Positions 1 to 13,835 of a stretch of 64,000 bases of DNA are shown here, one piece after another. The notes beneath the pieces are model-generated. The model saw nothing but the letters and a program-made list of their open reading frames with translations, did not search any database and was not told where the DNA came from. The position numbers and the translations under genes are program-made. This stretch comes from Hydrolagus affinis. Its lineage: Eukaryota. The stretch lies in assembly GCA_012026655.1 (NCBI GenBank), contig JAAILG010000587.1:1-64000 (forward strand), in the 5' to 3' direction. The stretch's first letter is position 1; each line of letters opens with the position of its first letter.

Positions 1-37
1 ACATTGAGCACTGTTTTTGGGGGGGAGGGGGGGAAAA

Positions 38-97
38 AACAACAAAATTACATTTTTAGAGCACCTTTCACATCAGGAGGATGTCCCAAGGCACTGA
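38..97 (-). mobile_element. L2 LINE 3' tail fragment
   Basis: aacaacaaaattacatttttagagcacctttcacatcaggaggatgtcccaaggcactg matches the tails attached to RT-bearing fragments at 1911 and 43593. Confidence 0.75.
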
Positions 98-1910
98 AAG
101 AATTGTTTTTGAAAACAAACATTTAACTTTTGTAAAAAAAAGATCTTTTTACGGTGTCCCACAAACAGTCATGGATTGAGTGACCAAATTATCATTATTT
201 TTAAAGGAACTTTACCCCTTGGAACAGCGATCCATCATTCGACTAACAACCGGGGTCCTACTTACTGCTAGGTAAACAGCGACTGACAATAAAAAGCAGC
301 ACAAAAGTTCCTGGTCAAATGTTGCAATATATTTTCCGTGGTAAGATCATGTGTTAGTTGCATCTAGGCTCCTTTTCATAGCTAATTGAGTCATGTGTAA
401 GACAGTAAGTTATTATTAATGTTACTCTGTCTTTTGGCTTCACCCGCAAGTTTCTAATGTATTGTTAATATATCAAATGTATAATATCATTCACTGACAC
501 AACAGTAATTGCAGGAATGGCTTTCATTTGGATTCCATGCAGCATTAACAGATAGCTCCTGAGCAGGTTATTTTAAATGTCTCTGCGTTTGGTGATTAAT
601 TCTCAGAAGAAAATATGCTGGATTTAATTAATGGACCTTTCTGACAGGTCCATCCACATACTGAAGAAAGAGAACTTCCAAAGTCTTTGTTTTATGAGTG
701 ATTTAAACAAGCATAACATGCACTATAATGGCTGGAAACATAGAGGCATTGAAGGCCAGAATTCCTTCAGTCTTCACCCTAAAACCATTGTGTTGAACTT
801 TGAAATTAAGATTGAATCAAATCAATTTCCAAAGATGGTTTGCAAAGTACTGCAGACAACTCAGCTGCCAGATGACAACTGAATTTAAGACTTTCCTAAA
901 ATTCCACACAATCTTAGATTGAAGAATGTCAGGCATTGGGTTGACTGGCCAAGTCCTTTCACTTATGGGAGTTGATTTCAAACCCAGGATAAGACTGCTG
1001 AGAATGAGAACATCTTCTGAGATAATGAGAATACCCTCTGTGAGAATGGAAAACTCCCCCCTCTGTTGGCTTCTTGGCTGAAATCCGAGTTCCTTGTGGA
1101 TTTGTGTCCATGGTATACCACTAGCCATAATTTGCAGTTTCATTCAATGAATCCGCCAGGATGATTGGAGAGTCAAACTAAGTGTTATATTGGTACAAAG
1201 GGGGATGCTCTTCCGAAGATGGGGTTACGTTTGAATTGGGGTCATAAGGAAAAGGATCTTTATTCTACCTGTGTCTGATATTATACTTGACTGACTCTCC
1301 GTATTGGGTGCTGACAATAGGCACCAAAGGAAGAGTTGTTCTCATTACCTAGCAGTGACATCTCTCACTTTGAGCACAAAATGAGCTGCTGTTTTGTCTT
1401 TGAAAAATTATATTTGCATGCACTCTAATTTCCTACAGTTCATAAATAAAGATGGCACTTCATTTCTGATCGCTTTGGGTTATTTTGACTGTGTTTACAT
1501 TAAACACCCTGAAGGTTATGACAAGTCTGTAATATTTGTTAAGAATTCTGAAAGCATGGATTACGCTTCTTTTAATTCCAGTATTCCATCAAACCATGCG
1601 CACTCTGTGTCATTGCATATAGTTTGTTGCGCATTTTTATCCTTTATAAACGGCTTGTTTTGACTATTCATGTTGAGTCCTTGAATAACTTGGCTAGTCT
1701 TAGACCAGTTATTGCATGCTGTAGGATAGGTCACTGCATTATTCTTTTTCATTTCTGAGGCTGTTGATGGATGGGCTGTTGATTCCACAGTTCTGTGGTG
1801 AACCCAGGCAGCAACTACAACAAAAACAGCCAAGCATTCATGTACAACAACAAAATTACATTCGTAGAAAACTTACTACATCAGGTCAATGACTCGCGGT
1901 GCCAAACAGT

Positions 1911-2350
1911 CAACAACTACAAAATTACACTTGTATAGTGCCTTTCATGTTAAGAGGACATCCCACGGCGCTGGACAGACATTGTTTCAGACCCGAGCTG
2001 GGTTTGGGGATGGGAAGGGTGGAGGGAAAGGGGGGGATTTGGTGTGACCGATGGGACTGTTGTAGAGGCAGGTCTTGAGGCAGGACTTGAAGGAGGCCAG
2101 GGAGGGGGACGAGGTGGAGTGCCTTTAAAGTGAGGACGAGGTTATCCTCTGAGAGATGGGGAGCCAATGTGGCAGGGCGAGGATGGGGGCGATGGGGTCG
2201 CTGAACCTGGTGCGGGAGAGGACACGAGCAGCAGAATTTTTGATGATCTGCAGCTTGTGGAGGGACGAGTGGGGGAGCCCGATGAGGAGGGAGTTTCCAT
2301 CGAGTCTTGAAGTGACAAATGTGTTTGTGAGGGTTTCGGCGGCCTGCGGA
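1911..2350 (-). mobile_element. L2 LINE 3' fragment, internally deleted
   Basis: The minus strand translates to L2 ORF2 C-terminus (AAETLTNTFVTSRLD...LHKLQIIKNSAARVLSRTRFSDPIAPILALPHWLP), followed by a pyrimidine-rich 3' UTR and (GTT)n-like tail. Confidence 0.88.
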
Positions 2351-2392
2351 GTGAAGTCAGGCAATGCAGCGCCCTTTATGGTGGTGTCTGTG

Positions 2393-2515
2393 AACAACAA
2401 CAACAAAAAAATGATATTTGTATTGCGCCTTTCACGTCAGGAGGACGTCCCAAGGCCCTGGACAGGTTACTGCTTCAGACCCGAGCTAAGGACAGGGGGT
2501 GGCGGGGGGTGAGGG
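2393..2515 (-). mobile_element. Second L2 3' tail fragment
   Basis: aacaacaacaac...gcgcctttcacgtcaggaggacgtcccaaggccctggacag...cagacccgagct parallels 1911-2000. Confidence 0.8.
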
Positions 2516-2696
2516 AAAGGAGTCGCCAATGTGAAGTGGTAAATGCTGGCAGAACGTTTGTCCTCACCTGATGTTAACTTTCCAGTGGTGTGTCCCTTGA
2601 TGGCGTGAGAAGCCGCTACAATGCTTGAGTCATGCCCCGTTAATGCCTCAATGTCCACTTCAACTCTGGGTACATTGAGGCATTATCATGGACCGT

Positions 2697-2790
2697 ACTG
2701 TAGCCCCAGCTGAGATCTGCTAGCTCAGCACAGGGGATTGAACCTGAGGCCATATCATACTAGGCACTGGCTTTACACAGTGAACAATTA
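2697..2790 (-). mobile_element. Old tRNA-type SINE fragment (gtgctgagttagctgatctcagctgg family)
   Basis: Same motif at about 4120-4150 (+), 5578-5630 (+) and 22760-22880 (-), with a B-box-like GGTTCAATCCC next to it. Family name not assigned. Confidence 0.55.
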
Positions 2791-3251
2791 TATGAACAGT
2801 GTTGTATTTAATTTGATGTAGAGATCCATGTACGAACTTATCCTTGCTATAAAAAGGATACTCTTAAAATCATAAAACGTAAGTCATTTGAACTCTAATC
2901 TGGAAATAAAGTTAGAAGAAATGCTGTGATCAGAACCGATTACATTTTGCTTTAGCAATTTTATTTAATCTGCCATTCTTTTCTTATATTTTTTGTACGT
3001 TCCACCTGGCCAGCAAGTACTGTAATTGCTTTTACTGTGGGAGAATGCGAATGTGAGGCTGAAGTGGAGGAAGACTTGTAAATATTTAATTACTGCAGAG
3101 AGCAAAGTTGCTGTGTCATCCAAATGGGTAACCAACCGTCTGTGTGCAAGTCTAGCAAAAATGTCTTCTGTCCCTGTTTACATTGTTGTTAATTTCTACT
3201 AGAACCTTTTTTTTAACAATATTTTGCTTTGAGTGCCTTTCCAGCCGCCTC

Positions 3252-3600
3252 GTGTCAGCTTAGCTCACTTGGTGGCACTCTTGCTTCTGGGTCAGAACGC
3301 ATGGGTTAAAACCCATGTTAGGACCTTCAACTCACAGTCTAGGCTGACAGTTTAGTGCAAGTACTAGGGGAGTTCATTGTAGGATGTGCCTTTCTATCAG
3401 ATGGCATGTTTAACCCACATCACATCTGCCTGTTGAGCTGGGTGTAAAAGATCTAATGGCAGTATTTGAACAGAGACCAGAGTTTTTCACTTTCTGTCCA
3501 ACAATCCTCCAGGTAAATAAAGTCAATCACTTCAGATCTCCATTCAGAACGTGTTGTGCATAAATTGGCTGCCCTGTTTACTTACACAGTACAGTACAGT
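3252..3600 (+). mobile_element. Old DeuSINE (SacSINE1-like), near full length
   Basis: tRNA-like head (tagctcacttggtggcactcttgcttctgggtcagaa), then ctaggctgaca...gtaaaagatctaatggcagtatttgaa and ttgtgcataaattggctgcc. Recognised from memory of shark DeuSINEs. Confidence 0.7.
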
Positions 3601-4290
3601 CTAGTCACTCCGTTTGACAGAAATTTCCGTATTACTGGACATCTGCATTTTGACGAGATTGAATGTATGTGACTCAGTTTCTTAGTTTCTATTTGTGTAG
3701 CCTTTTACAGTGAGGGCAATGAATTAGTGCAACTGGAGCTGAACGGTTGTACAATGGAGGTTTTGCTGAGATCTCAGCAGGAACATTCATTAGATTAATA
3801 TTTAATTTAACTGAGGAGCCAGAGGAATAGAAATCTCTTTGCATGTGGTCACACCGACCATTTCAAACCTCAGTGTGTCCACAATAATGTGTACTAGTTT
3901 TAAATAAAAAGAGTAGATCTGAATCTTTTGAAACCAACATATTAAAAGCCCTGTGGTTTGTCAAGTGCTTTTACTTACCTTTTATTTTTGTATTTTTCCA
4001 ACCTATCATTGTTCCTGTATTGTTTAGTTCCTTCTGTTTCTGTCTGTCTCCCATCTCACCACTTCAGCTGTTCTCTGACTATAGAAGATGTAGATCAGGC
4101 TGGTTGCACGTTTGAAGTTTGTGCTGAGTTGGCTGATCTCAGCTGGCAGTGTTATTTGTGAGAATAATGACCAGGCCAGGTAACATTTTAGGTTTCCATT
4201 GTGGATTACGAATGGGATGAGACATCTTAAGACGCTGTTGTGATGCTTAGACTGAATAGCCTCTAAATGGGCTCATTTGCTTAGACTTAA

Positions 4291-4432
4291 TAATGATGAT
4301 AATAATCATTGCTGTATTTGATATAGATCTTATCATATTGTTGAGATGTCTCTAAGCACTTCACGGAATGTCCTGTAAAGTGAATGGACGGTATATTTTG
4401 TGGGCGAAATACATAGTCAAAAATGGCCAATT
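4291..4432 (-). mobile_element. SINE 3' fragment (same family as 61155)
   Basis: (TAA)n tail, then aagcacttcac...ctgtaaagtgaat...tttgtgggcgaaa. Confidence 0.7.
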
Positions 4433-7400
4433 TCTGAGAGAAGGAGAGATAATCAGAGACAAAATTGGCAGCAGTTCCTTCCTAGTTACAAAATGTTAGA
4501 ACTGAAGGTGGCTGGGAGCTGGAGCCAGTTTTCAGTTTATATTGTTGACTTTGATAATGATTCTCATGCTCTGTATCTGGAAAAGGTTGTAGTCAGCGAG
4601 AACTGGAAAAAGATGAATCAAGAGCTATTGGTTTAGTGCTGAGGTCTGCATCTTTCAGTACTCAATTTCCAACCAATTGCAAAAAATATAAACAGGTTGC
4701 AGTGGACACATTATTTTAAAGTCTTTTGAATATTTAGTTTTTTTTTTCTCAGATACAAATTGCACATAAAATCTAAAGTGCCACAAAAATGTGAAGATGC
4801 TTCATCTTTTGTAATATGGGGAGCTTTGAAGTTTGAATGAAAGGAACTGTAATTTCTGCCAAAGGCAAATTACAAAAAATGTAATTTTACATATTCATCT
4901 AAGTATCAATGACCTCCTTTGAAGTGTAAAGTGTCTGATTTTGTAATCACTGAGGTTTGAATGGTTTCTACGTTTAACCATATTGCTTTGTTTGTGATTT
5001 AATGACTGGATCGGATGCATACCAACCTGTACCAACCTTAACCCAGGATCACTGGCATCATTCACGTTTGAATAATGTCATTAAGTTTAATATCTCTGCC
5101 CGCAAATGCGCTGTCAGTTGCCAAACAACAAAATGGACAATTTTCACTTTCGGTCTGAATTAATCAAACTGTGCATCAGTTCTCTGCAGTTCAAAGTAAA
5201 TTCCAATCCTAAACTTTAAAAGTAAATGTTAGCAGTTTGGTGACATCCCCTCATAATGTCTGAAACATATTGATTATTTTGCAACTGAACCAGAACTTAA
5301 TCTATTATTTAAAGATGTATGTGTGAACCAATGCACTTTATTCGGTTGAGTTCACAGATAGCTACCGCAGTCTCTTATTAACTCTTTGGGTTGGTTTGAG
5401 TTTTGCTTCTGTCATTTGCTTTGTCAGCCAGCATTTGAACATTTATGATCAAAGTGATGGAAGATCGCTGGAAAAGGTTACTCTTTATTTTGCTGCGTTT
5501 ATTGCACATCCTACTATGCCTCAGTTGGCAAAGCTATAGCCCAGTTTGGAACCTTGCCACACACACTCGGCAAACACTAGGTTCAACCTCCGGTCTGTAC
5601 TGCATTAGCTGATCTTACCCATGGCACTACATTGTTGAATAACCTCCCAGTATTCACTGTCTCGATTCACACATGAAGTGTATCGATAATGTGAGCAAGG
5701 GGTTGGTGTATGCCAGCCCCTGTGAAATAATACTGGAACTTGGGTCACAAAGGGCGAAGTGATGAAAGCTATTGCGGTATTTTGACACACAAATGTTAAT
5801 ATTCTTATCAATAACAACAACAACTTAATATAGTATTCTTCACATGGGTGGGAGCATCTCAGAGCAATAAAACAAAGCCATGTGGCAGAAAGTTGGAGGA
5901 TTCTGTTGACAAAGAGCTGATTGTTTTTAACACTGGATCAATCCTGGAACCTTTAACTTTTCAAATAAACTCATGAAACTATTGGGGGATGGGAGGCCCG
6001 GAGCTAGATGTTTAAATCAGCATAGACAAATGGTTTGCAAAGATTTTTTTTTCTCTCTCTTGTGTTTAATGAGAGTGACATGAATCTGTTGAATAGTTTC
6101 TATATGAAACTCATAGTTGTGTTGATTTTGTTGACTGAATTTGTCAATGTATGCAGAAAGATACACACATACACACACATTTATATATATATATAGATAT
6201 ATATAAATACATAAACATACAAATACTGTATTAACTAATAGCTGCGCTATAATATTTCCATAGAACTGAAGACTCATCTGAGATGTAATGGTTTACACAC
6301 TTCAATTTCACAGACCCAAACCAGGTATAATTGAATGTCAAGTCAGGTCTTTCTTCATTTCCTTGCCAGAATGGACAACTTACTGCTTTTGCACTATATC
6401 GCTAAAGTGAAATGAAATGTTTCTCTATTGTTTAAATAGAGTAACTCAGTCTGTAAAATATTGGGTGGTGTGGGGGACAGAAATTTGGGACTAACTACAG
6501 TACTTTCATTTGAACAACAGAGCATGATTTGCTTAATAGAAGCCTTTACTTGTCTAACTTCAACATTTTAAACCATAGTATAGAAAATATATTTCTTGAT
6601 ATTATTTGGAATATTTAACTTAGCAAAGTCTCAATACTTGCTATACACAAAAAATCTACAGCCCTTTTTGTGTCCATTATAATATTGTAATTTATAAGCA
6701 TTTATAAGGTCCCATGTAGGTAAATAAATAAAACTAATCTTGAAGGTCCAAGAGCTGATCTGGCCTGGGTTTATTGTATATCTGCTGCCTTTGCTGGGGT
6801 TGTAGAGAGATATTCTATTTACCTTAAGGATCTTACATTGGGAAGGGAATAAATCCTTGCTAGTCAATTCCATCAAGTAACTCCTACAGAAAATATACCC
6901 ATACAGTGTTTGGATTCTGGGTGAGGGCTTGCCCAGACACACATTTTGAAAAATAGCGACTTGGATGAGGTGAAATAGGATTGTTACTTCTCATTTAATC
7001 ATGTCCCCGGCAATGAGTTACACACTTTGAGGGGAAGAAAAGGGAAGACAATTAGGGAAAGAATTACAATGTTGATTAATTCTGTACAGTTGAAGCTTTC
7101 TCTGCTTACATGATTAACTCAGCAAATAGTACAACATTCATATCAGTCAGCTTCTGATTTTTTTTGAATTCTTTTAAAAGCAACAAAATAGACAGTATTT
7201 CTGTTCTTGACAAAATTCACTCTGGATAGTGTCTGACCATGATTAACTACTCTCTTTGAACAAACAATGCAGGCAGTCAGGAGGCAGTTGTCAGGTTGTA
7301 TTTCTTGGAAGCATCTCTCCTGAAGCTGAGTTGGGTCATGACCTTTCTTTAGAAAGCAATTCTCCTTTGTGTGTCTTTCCTCTTGTGGTCATCAATGTTC

Positions 7401-10400
7401 GTACAGTCTGGAAATGTGTTGTTAATAACCTTACAATGGGCTACTTTAGTGAAACATGCCTTTTTGGTTGCTTCCGTGTAACCCACCTTAAACATTCAAA
7501 GGTAGTTTCTTCCACAAAATAATGCAGAGAGTGGTGCACATACATCTGCTTTTCCAGGGAATGACAGCGGTGATCCACTCTATTTAGCTCAGGGCCACCT
7601 TATCCCAAACATCTACCGCCCATATGTCTTCATCTGCAGGGATCCTATTATGACCTGAATCTGAGTAATATTTTTTTGGCCATTCAATGCCACCTTATTG
7701 CCACCATATCCATCCAGCAAAAATGTTGGAGCTAAAGTAATAGATTGTAGTGAGAATGAAAGCCTCTGTAGAATCAGCTTCCTGTCTCTCTCAATGATGG
7801 CACAACATTATAATTTGTGTTTTTATAGAACTGGGAATAAAGCCAGATGAATTGTAAAAGCTGTCAATATAAATAGTCCTGCCAGTGCTGTGTGTATTCC
7901 CGGCAGTGTAATGAGTTGCTCTGACATAGTCTTAAATATTTTAAGGCTGTAAACTTTTACGCTTTCCAGTCCAGAGGCATTTCATTTGTGGCATCTTTTC
8001 TACTCCAGCACCTTGTACTGCAAATCATGGAACATTTTTTTCTACTATATTGCATTTAAAAGAGACTCTAGTGGAACCACAGCAGATAATCGTTTCACGC
8101 GTTTGTCTGCAGGGAACCCAAGTTGTCAAATAATATGAAAGAAAGTTGACTGTGAAATCAAATTTATCAAGATTATCACAATAGCTCCCGAGATAGATCG
8201 GTTGATAAATGCGCCACCGAGTGTGAAACTGATCCATAGGTTCCCAATTTTACTCTGGTAAAATTGCTAATTCGTCACATCTTCATTGGAAGTCCATTTA
8301 TCTTCAATCTGGACTTCACTGTTCATGAGCTTCAAGAGCAATAAAATGTCTGCAAAGTGCAATGCTGGCAATGAAATGTCAGAATTGCGTCAATGAGTTA
8401 CCCCTGCCTGGTTGTCTTGATGATCTGGTTCCAGGTGGTATGGCTGGGCATTGTACTGCAGGACACTGCTGATGACAGATCAACCAACCTGGCAATATTT
8501 GGAGGAGCAGACTGAGCAGCAGGGTTTCATTCCATTAGCCCAACTGAAGCCATCAATGGGCAGGATGGTTCTAATTGGACTAGTGGAAAGTTTGTTATTT
8601 TTATTAGAGAGTTTTTCTTCCAAGCTGTATAGTTTTAGCTCAGTAAATTCCAGCAGTACCCCAACACACACCCCAACAAGCCTTGTTTCTGGCCTACCTG
8701 TGCTTAATGCTTTCTAAAACAAGGCAAGAGGGAGAATGTGCACATTTCAGTTCAACACAAGGAAATTTCCACGTCTCGATGACATAGATATGTGGCACTC
8801 TCAGTCTGTTTGGATAGGCTTACTAATGGTGATGGATTTCTGTGTGTGTCAGATTCCCACCTGATGAACGAAGAACCACCAACCACAATTTTGCACAAGA
8901 TTCTTCAATGCTGTAGTGACAGTCGTCTCTATCTAAAGAGCTGTAAAGCTGTACTGTGAACAGATGGTGCAAATGGGCAATGTGTGTGTGCGCACATATT
9001 TTGTGTGCGTTTTACTGCAAATTGCATTATGAGGTGTTAATTGGTATGCAACATCTAATCTGATTTATCTTGGGTAAATTACAACAATAGATATTGGTTT
9101 GATTTGCAATGAACTGTAGTAACCTTCCAGAAACCTAACTCATACCTAACAGCATTTTACTTCAAGGTGAATGAATTTCAGTTCTGGTCCTGAAAGGCTT
9201 TATTCAGAGCTTCCATTTCAGATCGCACAGAAATCCAACTGTAATACTGTATCAGCTTTCCCGGAAAAATGTCTTTATTGTATTATGTGGTTTCTGATAA
9301 CAAAACTGAAAGATTTCAAATGTGAAAATATTCAAAGGTACAAGAAAAGGGATTTTTTTCCCCCCACTATTCCCTTAAATGGTTTTGAGATGAGCTCTTC
9401 ACAAACTCCTGAGATATAAGCTGGGTTGAATGGTTCCTAAAGCACCAGAAATATTTTTGTATCTTGAACTGTGCTCATTTTTAAAATATATATAAAAGAA
9501 CCAGATCTGATGAATGAGAAGAATTCAAATACCTAATGTTTCCAACTTTTCTGATAATTTACCAACAGCATTGTCGGACAGGCAAGTCAACAGCAATCTT
9601 GCAGGACAAGATTCACAATACTGTATTACTTAGATTTTTTTTTAACTGAAAACGTAATTACAGGATGATGCTCAACAAATTATCTTGTGATTTTTAAAAA
9701 ACAAACAAATGCAATATGCATGTTCTAATACAGTACAACTTTGTTGGGCTTCATCCAGTTGCTATACGGGAGCTAGCTGGCTCTGTTTGCAGAATGATTG
9801 GTAAATATCTAGTTCAAATCTTTCGTTGAGATAGCTAGATGGTATGGAGTTACTGTTTTAGAAAACAAGTTTCTTCCCTACACCTCCTCCCTCCCCCCAA
9901 CCCCTTCCCCCCAATCCCCAAGGTTGTTAATAACCTTTCCAATTGGTGACGGTATTTACTGCATGTGGGAAAAGCAGAGTGTTCTTTTCACACTTATGTG
10001 CCATTTACACTGCTGTGAAATAGCACTTGGAGTAAATGTGTAAATAACAGTGACAAATTTACTGTACAACATAATTTGTGTTATAAAAAAAGATTTTAGC
10101 TTTCATTGGAGTAGAACTCATTAACTGGCCTCAGACAGGAATATGAGAATATCAGTCTTTTTTTATATATATAAATAAGCCTGCAGGAAATACTGATTCA
10201 AGTGTGACATTTCTTAGGCAAGCCAGTCATGTGTGTAACAGCATTGAACTTTAAGCTAATTAAATTATAAATATTTTATTTTCTCCCCTCCTATTTCAAT
10301 CATTAGGCAAGAATACTGAATGTGAAGTTGAAGGCATTGGCAGTTTTTATATAATATTGGTTTATTGATGATATGTCAATCCCAGCAATGGTTTATAATC

Positions 10401-12349
10401 CGTGTTATCCTGCAAGTAGTGAACTTCCTTGAAGCAGTGTCAATGCTATGCATGTCTATGTTGTGTTTGGAAGGTGAGCAGTAACAGGCTTTGGGTTGTG
10501 ATGAGTCTCACGCACGTTGCATTTGTTCCAGTTAATAACAAACCCATGTTTAGAGGTGAGAGACAAGATAATGCATGAAAAGGCAGTGGAAAACATTTTG
10601 CTCCCAGTTTTGTGAAATCTCATTATTCAGTTATCACATTGTCAGATTTTGATGTTGTGTTTCATCATCTTCTACACAGCGCAGAGTATGTTCATTATAT
10701 TCAGAGGCAAGGAGGATTAGGGTTTTTGCTTAATGTTTACGATCAGTTAGCTTGGTAAAGGTGAACATTTGGTGTTCCTTCAAAAGTTTTTCAGCGTAGA
10801 TGCAGTGCTCAAAAGTTAATGATTTCGTTTTTCAGTATTACACTGAGTTCCCATGGGGTTATATTAATAGCTGGGATTGATTTAGGACATGAAGAATTTC
10901 CTAAATACAGATTAAATCAGTCTCCGTGTGTCAGAAGATACTACAGTCTGATTCATCTGGGATTGTCTCTGCTTTTAGTTTTTGTCTTATTAGAATTCTG
11001 ATTTTCATTTGACGACCTTCACATCAAATGTGCATAAATTACAGTAGCGTATTCAACAACAACAGTATTTTTCTTTACCAAAGAATCTCATTTTGTGTTC
11101 ATCCTGAATAAGGAATACTCTTAGATCAACTGCAGCACTGGGTTGATGCCAAGCTGAAGCTAAATAATGTGCGTTCACTCCAAACTCAGAATAACAACCC
11201 ACCGCGCTGGTGTGATATATCCATTTCCCTTGTGAGCTGTAACAACGAGACCACTTCAAATGCATTTCACTATTACCGTCATAGTAATACTAATTTGTTG
11301 CCGAATTCATGCTGGCAATGATGTTGTTGAAGAGATACTAAGGGTGTTCATTGACTCATTACTCACCGGTCCAAACAGTGTGAGGCACCAATTAACAAAG
11401 AAAACTGGTTTCTGAGTTACATTGTCAAATCAGTCGGGTTCAATTCCCCAGAAGCCCAGCAGTCCTCTGGTTGTACTTTCACCTGCAGTCATGATGAGTT
11501 CTAATCATTCAAGTCTTTGCAATATTCTGGAGCTATCCTGTTTGACTGGAAGCTGTGTGAAGGAGAAAAACAAGGTGAATCCCGGTGTTAGAGAGATCAG
11601 GGAGGAACATCTAGATAAGTAAGAGCTTATCATCCTTGAAAAGAGCATTTTCAAGAGGGGACTTTGTAAGAGCTTCAGGAAGCTTCATTTCAGCACAGAG
11701 CACTGGGTCCAATGTCTCACTGAATTCACTTAAGGACAGGAGGCAACACTAACAACAGCTTCTATCCTTGATGTAGGATAATATCTTGGAGCACTTCACA
11801 GTTTCACGGTTGGACCTGGGCAAGGGAAGGGAAGGTGACTTCAGGCGAGGTCAAAGAAAGATTCAAAGAGAGAAAGAGAGAGGCACTCATTTTATGACGG
11901 GCACTGGAAAGTATTTTTGCGGGTAGAATGGGGTACCAGTTATGGTGAATAAAGTTAAGAAACTGGACTCATTTGAGAAACTGCTTAATGCTGGAATAAG
12001 GAGACAGTTTGATTCCAGAAAGATGAGATGAAATAGATTGAAAGACCTTCTGTTTTTCAACTTTTTGTCTGGTATAAATTTGGTAGCTCTGGTTGACTGA
12101 TGTTTGACTATCAGTGTGCAGGCTCCAAAATAAGAGCACCCCAGAAACTAATTCATGCCATGGCAAGCAAAGAAACTGGTTCATTAGGCCACACATACAG
12201 AGATATAGCATTGCTGATCTTTATCCAAGTATGTTCAACTCAGTTAAAAATAAGTAAACAATATTTTTTTAAAAGATTGAAGTTTAAAAAAAACTATAAA
12301 AATATTATCACCTTATCGCAACGTCAAAACATAGAATTAAAATGAATCA

Positions 12350-12625
12350 TATGGTACAAATTTTTACTGTGAAATGTAGTGACTGACTTATAGGCAAATG
12401 TGGTAGCCAACCTGCATACACCGGTGTCCAACAAACAGGCATGAATTTTATCTGGGGTTTGTTGGCCAGGACACTGGGAAAAACACTCTTCTGTTTTCAA
12501 ACAGTGCCATGAAGTCTTCACTGTTCACCTGAATGGGCAGATGGAATTTTGGTGTACCATTTCATCTGAAGGACAGCATCTCTGAATGAGTACTCCTCAA
12601 GTATTGTATGGGAGTGTTAGCCTCG
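12350..12625 (-). mobile_element. Old DeuSINE (SacSINE1-like) fragment
   Basis: ttggccaggacactgggaaaaac...agtgccatgaagtctt...ttcatctgaaggacagcatctc...gggagtgttagcct is the reverse complement of the 3252-type body. Confidence 0.65.
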
Positions 12626-13664
12626 TCGAAGGTTTTGACACTACTGATGCAACGTTTAGTAAATAGTTTAGTAAATAGTTTCCTAAATACAATTACTGCT
12701 GTGGAAACCACCGTAAGTACTTAAAATTATCCAAAGACCATCAAATTAATAGTAATTACCCTGTGTTTAAACTGTTAGATTTTAAACGAGCGCCATTTGT
12801 TCTTAATTGCAAATGTATGGATCGCAGCAAATAACCTATTGCCTAACAATCGGCCAATGCCCTTGAGTCAAACATGTGCTCTTTAAATAAAATCAGATGC
12901 GGTTTGTTGTAGTTCAGTCAACTATGAGAACATCTGCAACAATTTGTCAATTTAAAACCAATTGCATTACGCGTCCTCTCATATGTGTGTATATATATAT
13001 AGCCTATGCTGCATTTACAATATGTTTCGCTATGAATCAGAGTGATTTGGGGGCATAGATTTGCTGTCAATCATCCAATATAAATAGGCCCGCAGGCAGA
13101 GTGAATTATATTGGAACAGTTCTCTGGCTATGCCTGGAGGAGGTAGTTTGAGTAGAGAGATAATTCGTACCCACACAGTATACATGATGGTCACGAACCA
13201 TAATGAGCTCGTTCACCAGTTATTCTCAATGTTCTGGGCATGCATATTTATTAAATTCAGGCTTAATTTTGAACCTGGTTTTCCATTTCCTAAGGACTAC
13301 AGAGAAATACAGTAGCTCTGAAATCAACACTAAATTTAAGAATTTGCTAAAAATGTATATTCAGTACTGTGTTTATCTTACCATAGGTAAGATTGTCTTG
13401 AGTCTAGAAGCAGCAGATTTTTTGACCGACCTCATCTTTACAAACTTGCTCTTTCTTCCCGTCCGCTCCGGGATATATAACCAACTGGTCCAGGAGATAG
13501 TAACAAGATCCCAAAGTTCATACCTTCCCAATGGTCTATGATGGATGTGTGGACTGTATTGGTGGACTGCTTTCCGTTAATGTAGAGAATGTCAAAAGCA
13601 GAAAGGGTTGACATTTTCAGGTGAAGTCACAATATGTGCCTTTTGTGAGATTTTAGGTATAAGC

Positions 13665-13835
13665 CTACAATCTCAGTTGGTAGCACCCTCAATTCTGGGT
13701 CAGAAGTTTGTGGGTCCAATTCACATCAGCATTTAAGCTTAAAGTGGAGGCTGACACTCACATAGAATGCTGGAGAGTGTTGCATAGTTTGGAATCGCCG
13801 CAGCTTTAGAAGAAACATTAAGCAGAGGCCCCAGA
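13665..13835 (+). mobile_element. Old DeuSINE 5' fragment
   Basis: ctcagttggtagcac...tctgggtcagaagtttgtgggtccaa...aggctgacact...gaaacattaagcagaggcccc. Confidence 0.6.
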
